Part shown: positions 1 through 9,010 of the stretch, piece by piece | Position numbering within the stretch: position 1 is the first letter of the stretch | How the letters are laid out: each line of letters begins with the position of its first letter | NCBI GenBank assembly: GCA_052279835.1 | Contig: CP181291.1 | Span: 2,752,001-2,816,000, forward strand | Reading direction: 5' to 3' | From: Microcoleus sp. | GTDB lineage: Bacteria > Cyanobacteriota > Cyanobacteriia > Cyanobacteriales > Microcoleaceae | Length of the DNA stretch: 64,000 nucleotides | Notes under the pieces: model-generated | What the model saw: only the letters and a program-made list of their open reading frames with translations | The model's database searches: none | Told to the model about the DNA's origin: nothing | Made by a program: the position numbers and the translations under genes

Positions 1-141
1 TTCTTCCGCGCCTACAATATATAGCAGCGAATAGTGGGCACGAATCATCAAATCTAGTCGTTTTACCAGTGCCTCGAAAGGGTTGTGGCGATCGCCCTTA
101 ATGGCATCACCTGCTTTTAGTTGGAGGTAATTTTCTGTCAT
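1..141 (-). CDS. AAA-family ATPase (Ycf46-like), N-terminal part, runs off the window edge
   Basis: Manual translation MTENYLQLKAGDAIKGDRHNPFEALVKRLDLMIRAHYSLLYIVGAEE resembles the LxLxIRAxYxLLY...EE N-terminus of Ycf46-type ATPases. Confidence 0.6.
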   Translation of the reverse strand, partial: MTENYLQLKAGDAIKGDRHNPFEALVKRLDLMIRAHYSLLYIVGAEE

Positions 142-280
142 TTTATTTAAGATCTTAAAGTGTTAGAGTGAGATTAAAAATAAGGTTCGTAGTCGAGATT
201 TTAGTCATGATAAAATTTTGAAAAAGGACTAAAATCTGGACTAGGAACCTTGAAATTATAACAGAAGAGGAGACTATTGG

Positions 281-565
281 CTATGGGGCAACTTTTCGAG
301 CTTGTTTCAGCATTTCAATCAGAGTGTGGTGAGCATCTTCAGCATCTTTCAAAGTGCGATCGAAATTTACTCTGACTGGGAAAGTTTCGCCATTGACTTG
401 AGCCGTTAAATCCATGCCAGTTGCATCAATCGCCAGCATCTGAGCTTCGGTTGCATCCGGTTTGTTGCCAAATGCTTGAGCATAAATCACTACAGCACTA
501 GCATGATCTTCGTTCATGTGGTTGCAGATGCGATCGCTAATCTCAGTAGAAAACGGTTCTGACAT
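281..565 (-). CDS. DUF2470 domain protein (heme utilisation/GluTR-binding-like)
   Basis: ICNHMNEDHA motif and IDxxGMDL; likely start MSEPFS at 565. Confidence 0.8.
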   Translation of the reverse strand: MSEPFSTEISDRICNHMNEDHASAVVIYAQAFGNKPDATEAQMLAIDATGMDLTAQVNGETFPVRVNFDRTLKDAEDAHHTLIEMLKQARKVAP

Positions 566-664
566 GGGGAAATTCCTCCGATCCAATATAGATAGATTGT
601 ACTGCGAATCGTGGTTGACAAATCACTTCACAATTTGCTAAGTTAACATCAATAGGATGCTCCC

Positions 665-1081
665 ATGAAAAACTGTAGCGTTTATATCGAACTACTCAAA
701 ACATTTCCTCCCCGCCCCATAACTATTGAAGAAGAATTAATTGCAACTCAAAAAGCGATCGACTCTCGGTTGGATAAAGGCGAACTGACTCCAGACGAAC
801 GCGATTACCTCCATGTACTAGGAACCCTGGTTTATGAGTACGAGCAAACTTTAGAACCCATACCTGATATTTACGGCATAGAACTATTAAATGCTTTAAT
901 CAAAGACTTTGACATCCGACAAAAAGACCTAGTTCCTATTTTCAAAACAGAGTCTATTGTCTCAGAGATACTTCGTGAAAAGCGCCAACTTACAACCGAA
1001 CATATCCAAAAACTTGCAGATTTTTTCAGCGTCTCGCCCGCTGTTTTCTTTCCGCTGCATCCAGTTAAAATAACTGCTTAA
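665..1081 (+). CDS. HigA-like antitoxin / XRE HTH regulator, no cognate toxin adjacent
   Basis: FPPRPI...L+VYEYE and QKDLVPIFKTESIVSEILREKRQLT HTH. Confidence 0.75.
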   Translation: MKNCSVYIELLKTFPPRPITIEEELIATQKAIDSRLDKGELTPDERDYLHVLGTLVYEYEQTLEPIPDIYGIELLNALIKDFDIRQKDLVPIFKTESIVSEILREKRQLTTEHIQKLADFFSVSPAVFFPLHPVKITA

Positions 1082-1278
1082 ATTTAGAACCATATTTTGG
1101 TTGGTAATCAGGACTTTAGTCCAGAAACCTGGTTTTTACGATAAAACGCATTGTCACCGAGAGATTCTCTCAAATGAATCGGAGTGTGTAAATCCTGAGA
1201 ATGCTTCGTGTTCATTGCTTTTTAAAGGCGAGACAGTTTATCATAATGAGCAATTAGAGAGAATTTAAACAACCTGCC

Positions 1279-2604
1279 ATGCTGTGGACGCCCGGACAAA
1301 TCCTCAAAACTCGCCCTTTCCGCATCGACACCATCCTCGGAATGGGGGGATTTGGCATGACTTACAAGGCCACACACTTGCAACTTAACTATCAAGTTGT
1401 CCTCAAAACGCCGAATCTGAGTTTGCAAAATGACCCGGAATATCCCAACTTTGTCCGCAGATTTATCCGCGAAGGGCAAATCTTAGCCAAATTTTGCCAA
1501 AACGCGCATCCTGGAATTGTCCGCATTAGCGATTTGTTTGAGGAAAGAGGCCTTCACTGTTTGGTAATGGATTTAATCGTCGGGGAAAGTTTATATAATA
1601 CAGTACGGCAACAGGGCAGACTCCCGGATACAGAAGCAGTGGCAATTATCCGCCAAATTGGTGCAGCATTAAGTGATGTTCACCAAGCAGGAATTGTCCA
1701 TCGAGATGCCCATCCAGGTAATATTATGTTGCGTCCTAACGGGCAAGCAGTGTTAATTGATTTTGGGCTGGCAAATGAATTAATGCCGACTGTTATTAGC
1801 AGCAGACATCCTCACAACCCTGCTTTTGCTCCTTGGGAACAGCATATTGAAGGTAGTGGTAAACCAACGGTTGATATTTATGCTTTGGCTGCTTCTTTGT
1901 ATTATGCAGTAACAGGAAAAACGCCAACAGCTTCCCTCAATCGGCAGTTTAGAAATGAATCGTTGCCACCTGCGAAAGATTTTGGAGTGAAGGATTGGGT
2001 GAGTTTAGCAATAGAAAAAGGGATGGCATCCGATCCGCAAAAGCGGCCGCAGTCGATGAAAGATTGGTTGAGTTATCTGCGGGAACCGATTCCGTCAACG
2101 GTTGTCGGTGTTTCGGTACAGCTTAAATCAGCGCGGGGTGTTGACTATACTCGCCTGCGGGATTTATTGGCGGCGGGGAAGTGGAAAGAGGCGGATGGGG
2201 AAACACTCAAGGTGATGCTGAAAGCTGTTAGAAGGGAGAAGGAAGGTTGGTTCAATAGGGAATCAATTGATAATTTTCCTTGCGATGATTTGCGGACGAT
2301 CGACCAATTGTGGGTAAAATACAGTCAGGGTCGTTTTGGCTTTAGCGTCCAGAAAAAAATTTGGTTGGAAGTTGGTGGTAAAGTTGATTATGAGACTGAA
2401 TGCAAGCTGGGCGATCGTGTCGGTTGGAGAAAAGGAGGAAGTTGGTTGAACAACAGTGACCTAACCTTTAATAAACAAGCACCAGTGGGCCACCTCCCTG
2501 CGGGGAGGATGATTGTTGATGATGGTGGGTTAGCTGATTTTTTGTGGGAGTGGAGGTTCTGGTTCTCTTCTCTCGCATCAAGAGCTGTAAGCTGTAGTCT
2601 ATAG
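1279..2604 (+). CDS. Ser/Thr protein kinase with C-terminal GUN4-like domain
   Basis: GMGGFG, VLK, HRDAHPGN, DFG kinase motifs; DYTRLRDLLAAGKWKEAD...IDQLWVKYSQGRFGFSVQ...GHLP GUN4 motifs. Confidence 0.9.
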   Translation: MLWTPGQILKTRPFRIDTILGMGGFGMTYKATHLQLNYQVVLKTPNLSLQNDPEYPNFVRRFIREGQILAKFCQNAHPGIVRISDLFEERGLHCLVMDLIVGESLYNTVRQQGRLPDTEAVAIIRQIGAALSDVHQAGIVHRDAHPGNIMLRPNGQAVLIDFGLANELMPTVISSRHPHNPAFAPWEQHIEGSGKPTVDIYALAASLYYAVTGKTPTASLNRQFRNESLPPAKDFGVKDWVSLAIEKGMASDPQKRPQSMKDWLSYLREPIPSTVVGVSVQLKSARGVDYTRLRDLLAAGKWKEADGETLKVMLKAVRREKEGWFNRESIDNFPCDDLRTIDQLWVKYSQGRFGFSVQKKIWLEVGGKVDYETECKLGDRVGWRKGGSWLNNSDLTFNKQAPVGHLPAGRMIVDDGGLADFLWEWRFWFSSLASRAVSCSL

Positions 2605-2762
2605 CGATTCCAGCCCCTTGTCAAGTCTTTTTTTAAGAACCTTTTTCTAGGAAGTTATCGGCTTTTGGTCATTTTTACCTGCTACGCGGGGTTTACTCTT
2701 CAAAAAACAAACTCGCAAAATTCGGGTCATAGCAATTGGCCAACACAAACTGTTTGGGGTTC

Positions 2763-2847
2763 AGAAACCGGGTTTTTTACGAAATATTTGGTTGTAGCCC
2801 GCAGATTCGGTAAAAACCCGGTTTCTTTGGTCATGTGCGTAAGTCCT
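2763..2847. repeat. Dispersed palindromic repeat AGAAACCGGGTTTTT...AAAAACCCGGTTTCT
   Basis: Inverted arms visible; related copies near 1110-1198, 23772-23808, 34455-34517 and 46639-46722. Confidence 0.7.
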
Positions 2848-3163
2848 AATCTACTCTAAATTCGAGACTGGATCATGCGTTATGCCATTGTCATTGAAAA
2901 AACACCCAATAACTATTCAGCTTATGCGCCAGATTTACCCGGATGTGCAGCCACAGGCGCTACCCTTGCGGAAGTACAGCAGCAAATTAAAGAAGCGATC
3001 GAATTTCACTTAGAAGGATTGCGAGAAGAGGGTTTACCCATTCCCGAACCAACTATAGCCTTTCTCAGGTAGATGAGATACAATGTAACTGACAAGAACA
3101 GAGTGGAAAATATTTAGTTCAAAAAGATCGCACAGCTCTAATTCAATCTTGTGATTGAAGCCC

Positions 3164-3301
3164 CGATCGGGTCACAGCAGTCGATCGGGTCACAGCAGTC
3201 GATCGGGTCACAGCAGTCGATCGCCAAAAGCAGTCGATCGCCAAAAGCAGTCGATCGGGTCACAGCAGTCGATCGCCAAAAGCAGTCGATCGGGTCACAG
3301 C
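3164..3301 (+). repeat. Mixed 18/17-bp tandem array inside the IS630 left region
   Basis: A=CGATCGGGTCACAGCAGT, B=CGATCGCCAAAAGCAGT, order AAABBABA (last unit partial). Confidence 0.9.
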
Positions 3302-3339
3302 TATTCCCTGATTGTAAAAAGCATCACACCTTACTAAAA

Positions 3340-4296
3340 ATGAAATCTTATTCTATTGACTTTCGACAAAAAATAATTAATGTTTACCATAGTGAGCCCA
3401 TCTCACAAAGACAAATAGCCAAGCGGTTTTGTGTGGCGACTAGCTTCGTTCAAAAATTGCTTAAACAGTATCGCCAAACCCAAAGTATTGCCCCTCAAAC
3501 TCATCGATGCGGGGGCCTACTTAAACTCAAACCTGAACAACTGGTTATTTTAGCGGAATTAATTGAAAAAAATAACGATGCCACCCTCGAAGAACTCTGT
3601 CATTTACTCGAGCAAAAAATCGGCGTAAATATCAGTAGGGCTACAATGGGAAGAATGGCACAACGGTTGAACATAACTTACAAAAAAAAAACTCTCTTCC
3701 CCTCAGCTAAAGGCAGTGACAGAGTTCAAAACCTTCGATATGAGTTCTGGCAGCAAATCCGAAATCTGAATATGAATAATTTAATATTTATTGATGAGTC
3801 GGGGGTTAATCTAGCTATGGTTAGATTATATGCCCGGTCGTTAAAAGGCTCAAGAGCCCTTGGGCCTAAACCAAATAGACGTGGCAAAAATGTCTCGATA
3901 TTGGGAGCAATATCTGTCAAAAAACTGCTGACATCAGTGAATTTATTAGGCTCAATAGATGGGATTACTTTTGAGGCTTTTATCATCAGAAAACTTGTGC
4001 CAAAACTCTGGAAAGGTGCTTGTGTATTGATGGACAACTATAGTATTCACAAAGGGGAAGAAATAGAAAAAGCCATTAAGAAAGCGGGAGCAAAGTTAAT
4101 ATTTTTACCCCCGTATTCTCCCGACTTTTCGCCAATTGAAAATGTATGGTCAAAGCTGAAGTATCTTCTCCGTACTTTTGGTGCGAGAACCTATCAAGCA
4201 TTAGACTCGGCGATAGTAAGCGCATTTGAGCAAATTGATGAGCAAGACCTGTGGAATTGGTTTACTCACTGCTGTTATTGCACCTCATCTATCTGA
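3340..4296 (+). CDS. IS630 transposase, single reading frame
   Basis: MKSYSIDFRQK start; FIDESG, MDNYSIH, LPPYSPDFSPIE DDE motifs. Confidence 0.92.
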   Translation: MKSYSIDFRQKIINVYHSEPISQRQIAKRFCVATSFVQKLLKQYRQTQSIAPQTHRCGGLLKLKPEQLVILAELIEKNNDATLEELCHLLEQKIGVNISRATMGRMAQRLNITYKKKTLFPSAKGSDRVQNLRYEFWQQIRNLNMNNLIFIDESGVNLAMVRLYARSLKGSRALGPKPNRRGKNVSILGAISVKKLLTSVNLLGSIDGITFEAFIIRKLVPKLWKGACVLMDNYSIHKGEEIEKAIKKAGAKLIFLPPYSPDFSPIENVWSKLKYLLRTFGARTYQALDSAIVSAFEQIDEQDLWNWFTHCCYCTSSI

Positions 4297-4480
4297 GAAA
4301 GGCTATACTCTCTGTGAGTATGTAGAAGCATGGTAGTAGGGCAAAATATGTCATAAATTAAATCTGCAAAATTCAAGGATAATAAATTTATGCTATACTT
4401 AACATCTAATTTTTAACCCCAGATTCACCTATGCCAACTTTAACCGATGTTGGCACTTTGATTACCCGCGAGCCGCAAAG

Positions 4481-4882
4481 TTAGGGAAATAAACCTAAAC
4501 GAATCCATAATTGTCGCGCTATTAACTGTGGTTGAGAATTCATTCCCAAAGCTGTAACTGTTACTCTACCTACTGGTGTCATTCCTGCGATCGCACCTGA
4601 CTCAGCTTGCACTTGAAAATTCTATTCCCACCTATTTTCTCTTGGGTGAAACAGCGAAACTTCTGTATTATATGTAGTATCAATTCCGCTTGTATTAGTT
4701 CCTTTCCGCAGATTGCAAGAGCGACAAGCTAATGCTAAGTTTGAAATCTCATTATTACCGCCTCGATAAAGTGGAACAATATGTTCAATCTCAAAAGGAA
4801 AGTTAAATACGATTTCAGGTGCGCGGCAATATTCGCAACGATGAGCAGCACGATCTGCTACTAAATTGTAGTTAGGATTCAT
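4481..4882 (-). pseudogene. HNH endonuclease with an internal TAG stop
   Basis: CEYC...EHIVP...NLALACRSCN; the frame continues past TAG (4622-4624) as NFQVQAESGAIAGMTPVGRVT...WIRLGLFP-stop. Confidence 0.8.
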
Positions 4883-5239
4883 CAGATCGATTGTTGTACG
4901 AGAACTTCTGTCCGAATAGTAGCAGCTTGAAGTTCAGTTTCGACAAGACTTTCTAATTCCGCTTGTTGTTGGGGAGAAAGAGTTTGTCCTCGATCGCGCG
5001 CTGTACGCCACAAATTCATTAATTCTGATATTTTTTTTTTGCTGTATAGTAAATAATTCATCAGGATTAAACCTTTGAATGACTATTAATGCGCTGAAGT
5101 CCGTTTCGCCTAACAAAGCAGTCAAAGCATCTAAAGCTTGACCCGCAGTTTGACCGACAGATTGCCGATCGCCCGCAATAGCGCGATAGGATTTCTCACC
5201 GTTGGTATTAAGTACAGGCAGGATAGCTACCGTAGTCAT
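4882..5239 (-). pseudogene. Small HNH-partner (antitoxin-like) protein, frameshifted at a T10 run
   Basis: Deleting one T at 5031-5040 gives ...SELMNLWRTARDRGQTLSPQQQAELESLVETEL...QSI-stop, overlapping the HNH ATG (TGATG). Confidence 0.7.
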
Positions 5240-5295
5240 ATCTGAGTGAAAGTTAGTTACTAATTTAGTATAACCTGATTCCCTACAATTATAGC

Positions 5296-5423
5296 TATAG
5301 CAATCCTAAATGATTCAGGTAAATTTGTAGGGGTAGTGCCCCCGTGCCTACCCCCTATCTATCGGGCAACCACGGGGCCAAGAGCCCCTACAAGAATTAT
5401 GCAAATGATTTAGGATTGCTATA
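5296..5423. mobile_element. MITE with 16-bp TIR and internal GTAGGG REP-like hairpins
   Basis: TATAGCAATCCTAAAT...ATTTAGGATTGCTATA; ends begin TATAGC like the nearby IS630. Confidence 0.75.
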
Positions 5424-5558
5424 AGTTTATCGCTCGTAGATCGATCGCCCGCTCTCAAGGATTTGCAATTGCAGTTAAAAACGCCTAAAATTAGTTAGAT
5501 AGATCCTAGTGAAATCCATTTTTTTTACGTTCATCATCACCAGGATTAAAAGACACTA

Positions 5559-5777
5559 TTACATCTCCTCATTTTCAGGAAAAATGGTGGCCGCGTACTG
5601 TAAAGAAAATGCCGTCACATCGAGTTTATCTTCTTCATTCCAAGTCTCGCTTTCATCGACTACCGACAGATTTTGCTGTACCAAATCGTTGAGAATAAGA
5701 GTTGCCAAGTGCAGTCTATCCTTTGGTGAAAGGGTAGACAGAACGCGAGCGTAAACTTCTCGAACAGTAGTTAACAT
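5559..5777 (-). CDS. Small putative antitoxin, followed by a possible truncated toxin start (VSFNPGD)
   Basis: 72-aa ORF with AGGAGG RBS; downstream GTG TCT TTT AAT CCT GGT GAT resembles a PemK/MazF N-terminus, then breaks. Confidence 0.5.
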   Translation of the reverse strand: MLTTVREVYARVLSTLSPKDRLHLATLILNDLVQQNLSVVDESETWNEEDKLDVTAFSLQYAATIFPENEEM

Positions 5778-5897
5778 AGCAAATCCTCCTGCTTCTGATC
5801 TTATGGAAAACTTAGGACAGGTTGATTTGATTATAGCTCAAAAATTTAATAAATTTATGCTATACTTAAGTTATAATTTTTAACCCCAGATTCACTT

Positions 5898-6197
5898 ATG
5901 CCAACTTTAACTGATATTGGCACTTTGATTATCCGCGATCCGCACCTTCGCGGTGGCATCGCTATTATTGCAGGTACTGCCACATCGGTACAGCGAATCG
6001 TAGTCTTATACAAACAAGGTAATAGTGCTGAGGAAATAGCAGCCGATTTGGATCATCTCACCTTAGCGCAGGTTTATGCTGCACTGACTTATTATCACGC
6101 AAATCGAGCAGAAATAGAAGCAGATTTAGTGGCTGAACAAGCAGAATATGAACGTTTGGCAGCATTAAATCAGCTAAAAATGCAGGAGAAAGCATGA
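5898..6197 (+). CDS. DUF433 antitoxin-like protein
   Basis: DPHLRGG..IAGT...LTLAQVYAALTYY. Confidence 0.85.
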   Translation: MPTLTDIGTLIIRDPHLRGGIAIIAGTATSVQRIVVLYKQGNSAEEIAADLDHLTLAQVYAALTYYHANRAEIEADLVAEQAEYERLAALNQLKMQEKA

Positions 6198-6559
6198 GCC
6201 AAATTCGTCTTTACTTAGATGAAGATTCACGAAGTAAAAAACTATTGCAAGCTTTACAAAGTCGTGGTGTAGATGTCATTACAGTTGCCGAAACAGGGAT
6301 GTTATCTCGCAGCGATGAAGAGCAATTAATTTGGGCTTTTACCAATCAAAGGGTAATTTATAGTTTCAACATTAGGGATTTTTATAGAATCCATACCAAT
6401 TGGCTAGAAAGAGGAGATTCTCATACAGGAATTATTTTAGGACAGCAAAATTATTCAGTGGGAGAACAAATGCGTCGCCTTTTGAGTCTAATTTCTGCCA
6501 AATCAGCAACAGAAATGCAAAATCAAATAGAGTTTATCAGTGCTTGGAGTGAAGAGTAA
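6194..6559 (+). CDS. DUF5615 PIN-like toxin
   Basis: LYLDED, SDEEQL, SFNIRDF, HTGII; ATGA overlap with the DUF433 gene. Confidence 0.85.
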   Translation: MSQIRLYLDEDSRSKKLLQALQSRGVDVITVAETGMLSRSDEEQLIWAFTNQRVIYSFNIRDFYRIHTNWLERGDSHTGIILGQQNYSVGEQMRRLLSLISAKSATEMQNQIEFISAWSEE

Positions 6560-6582
6560 AGATATTATCAATCGAGATAATT

Positions 6583-6617
6583 AGATACCCTGATTTCTTA
6601 AATAAGTCAGGGTATCT
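6583..6617. terminator. Hairpin between convergent genes
   Basis: AGATACCCTGA-TTTCTTAAATAAG-TCAGGGTATCT. Confidence 0.55.
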
Positions 6618-6645
6618 GAGTATTCTATCCTACAAAATGTACAGT

Positions 6646-8820
6646 CTAACTAAAAGATCGATCGTCAAACGGCAATTCATCAAACAGCGAATCAATATCA
6701 CCCTCAGACTTAGCAACTGACGAATGAGTAGAAGACTTTGGAGGCTTCACCGAAGGCACTTTTGCCACTGGTAAATTCGCCGCCGGTTCCAAAACAGCAG
6801 GCTCAGATTTCTGTAACTTAGCTACAGGCAATTCCCCGCCATTCTCGCCATTTTTGCTAGTTTGATTCCACATCATCATTCCCAGCAAACCATCAACCAA
6901 ACCACCACCGCTACCATTGCCGCTCACCGCAACATCCGGCACAACTCGTACATGGCGATCGCCTATAATTTGCATTAACTGTAAAGCAGTATAACCAGAA
7001 CCCCCCAAAGCCACAACACCAGCGTGATAAGCCTCAGCTTGGGCATTTCCCCTCACCCGAATCGACTCAGCTTCACCTTGAGCTTGTTTCACCTGAGAAT
7101 TCGCTTTCAACTCCGAAATCTTCACACCTTGTTCCGATTTCACCATCTCTTGCTGAATCTCAGCCAGCGCCGTTTCCCGCACCAATTGTTGCCGCTGAGT
7201 TTGCGCTAATTGCTGCACCTCATAAGTCTTACATTGTTCTTCCGCAATTTTGCGATCTGTTTGAGTTTGCATCAACTCTGCGGGTGGTAAAATATCCCCA
7301 ATCAAAGTATCAATTGCTTGCACATCATAGGTACGCAAAGCTGCTTTAATATACTCGGCGGCTTCCGCTTGTCTGCCACTTCTTGCCGAGAGAAAATCTA
7401 ACACAGAATAAGCTTGAGCCGAATTGCGGAAATAATTGCCAATTGTGGGCTGCAAAACATGATCGACTAAATTCTGCATCGAACCGACACGAGAGATGAC
7501 TTTCGGAGCATCTAAAGCTCCCACATGAATAATCTGAGCTACTTCTAAATCAAAGGCAAAACCATCTTGAGAACGTACAGTTAAAGATGAAAGTTGAGAG
7601 TCATAACTGTGTCTTTCTGTTTTGCTAGACCAATTCAAAACAATATTTGTAGTGGGGACTAATTCTACCTTCAAAATACGCGTATTTAGCGGATGTTTGC
7701 CGGGATAAAGTGGAGTTATCCACACGCCTTTATTGCCAACTTCCACCAAATTGCCGTGGGTGAAAGCAGCACCACTGATATCTTCTGAGGTTTTACCGAC
7801 ATAGGAAATAACTGCGCCCACATAGCCGATCGGGATTTCCGTCATCGGTACTTGTTCCACCCCGACAAACCAAGGATTTAAGTTCCACGAACCCGATAGT
7901 AAAACCTGTTCCTGCAAGCCGCGCCGTCCTCCACCAGTGATGAACTTCTGTGCATTTTGGAAATTATCATGATTCGGAATAATCGGGCCAGCAATTTCGC
8001 CATCTTGAATAGGAACACCGTCATAAGTGGTCACAATTCCTACTTTATCTGGTGCAATTTTGTACAGTTTCAAATGTTCTGCTGTCATCCCATGTTTCTG
8101 TGCATTGGCTGCGGTAATTATAGTAAATAATGCTGTATTAATTCGATAGCTACCTCCAGTTAAAATTCCCAATTGTCTACCTTTTTCGCCACCGCTCTTT
8201 AGGAATTTTCGAGCATCTTGAAAATTGTCGCATTCTGTGATTTTACCAAGGATGCGCTGGGGCGGAATAGACTGACCACCTGCTGCGATAATTAAGGCAA
8301 TTTCACCTTGGGGAACCACTGTTAAAGATTCTTTGCGAACATTGTATTGCAAAGGCCAATAACCCCAGTGCCAACCGGGAGGTAAAGTATCAGCTTGATA
8401 TCCCGCTTCTCCGTTTAGAGCAATTAAATCTCCGGGTGGTAAAGCCTTGCCGCCGAAGCTAAACTTTTTACTGACAATGCCCACTTCGCGATCGCCAATT
8501 ACTACCAATCCACCAAAAAATAATGGTATGCAAAGAACGATCGCACCACCTACGACAATTGGTACAATTGAGCCAAATAAGTCCATCTGTACTGTCTGCA
8601 CAGCGATAGTAGTTTGAGGTAGCTGTTTCGATAGTAACCCAGGTTTAGCTACTAGCTGCGTCGAAATTTGACTGGTAGGGGGGATATCGCTAGCAGCTAA
8701 TACGGGCGATGTTTTTAAACTGCTTGTTGCGCCCAAAGCTATAGCAGCCGAAACAGCCACTGCTAATTGTTTGAAAACATGAACTTTAATTTTTGACTTG
8801 GGTTTAAATAAATCAAGCAT
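6646..8820 (-). CDS. SPFH/Band-7 (flotillin-like) membrane protein
   Basis: N-terminal signal and TM segments; GEAGYQADTL, VRSQDGFAFDLEV, IGNYFRNSAQ; coiled-coil tail. Confidence 0.85.
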   Translation of the reverse strand: MLDLFKPKSKIKVHVFKQLAVAVSAAIALGATSSLKTSPVLAASDIPPTSQISTQLVAKPGLLSKQLPQTTIAVQTVQMDLFGSIVPIVVGGAIVLCIPLFFGGLVVIGDREVGIVSKKFSFGGKALPPGDLIALNGEAGYQADTLPPGWHWGYWPLQYNVRKESLTVVPQGEIALIIAAGGQSIPPQRILGKITECDNFQDARKFLKSGGEKGRQLGILTGGSYRINTALFTIITAANAQKHGMTAEHLKLYKIAPDKVGIVTTYDGVPIQDGEIAGPIIPNHDNFQNAQKFITGGGRRGLQEQVLLSGSWNLNPWFVGVEQVPMTEIPIGYVGAVISYVGKTSEDISGAAFTHGNLVEVGNKGVWITPLYPGKHPLNTRILKVELVPTTNIVLNWSSKTERHSYDSQLSSLTVRSQDGFAFDLEVAQIIHVGALDAPKVISRVGSMQNLVDHVLQPTIGNYFRNSAQAYSVLDFLSARSGRQAEAAEYIKAALRTYDVQAIDTLIGDILPPAELMQTQTDRKIAEEQCKTYEVQQLAQTQRQQLVRETALAEIQQEMVKSEQGVKISELKANSQVKQAQGEAESIRVRGNAQAEAYHAGVVALGGSGYTALQLMQIIGDRHVRVVPDVAVSGNGSGGGLVDGLLGMMMWNQTSKNGENGGELPVAKLQKSEPAVLEPAANLPVAKVPSVKPPKSSTHSSVAKSEGDIDSLFDELPFDDRSFS

Positions 8821-8893
8821 TTGTTTAATATGGGCTAGATTGTCCTATTGGTTCAAGCTTAGCCTCGATCGCAAAGTTTGACCTAAAACTTAA

Positions 8894-9010
8894 GCATCTG
8901 TGTTTGGCAAATATATTCGTAGGGGCGAAGCATGACCGCAGACAATTTATTAGTGATCACCATAGATTTACAGCGGTCATGCTTCGCCTATGCAAAATCG
9001 GGATGCTCCC
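8894..9010 (+). mobile_element. ~120-bp MITE/REP element, same family as 18818-18938
   Basis: GTAGGGGCGAAGCATGACCGC...GCGGTCATGCTTCGCC hairpin, ends GATGCTCCC. Confidence 0.75.

Larger units (their letters stand above)
3056..4305 (+). mobile_element. IS630-family insertion sequence
   Basis: TIRs TAGCCTTTCTCAG(G/A)TAGATGAG with 1 mismatch; TA duplication at 3054-3055 and 4306-4307. Confidence 0.92.
2875..4336 (+). pseudogene. hicB: HicB-family antitoxin interrupted near its 3' end by IS630
   Basis: MRYAIVIEK..YSAYAPDLPGC..TG; removing the IS and one TA restores ...PEPTTLCEYVEAW-stop. Confidence 0.8.

Noticed and set aside
1279..2874. Complete diversity-generating retroelement at the kinase-GUN4 gene
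   Set aside because: No reverse transcriptase, Avd or template repeat is visible in the window; only the compositional anomaly is reported
3164..3301. Possible CRISPR array
   Set aside because: Units are contiguous with no unique spacers, there are no cas genes, and it lies inside an IS
3151..3339. N-terminal extension of the transposase ORF
   Set aside because: It is translated minisatellite; the IS630-like sequence begins at MKSYS (3340)
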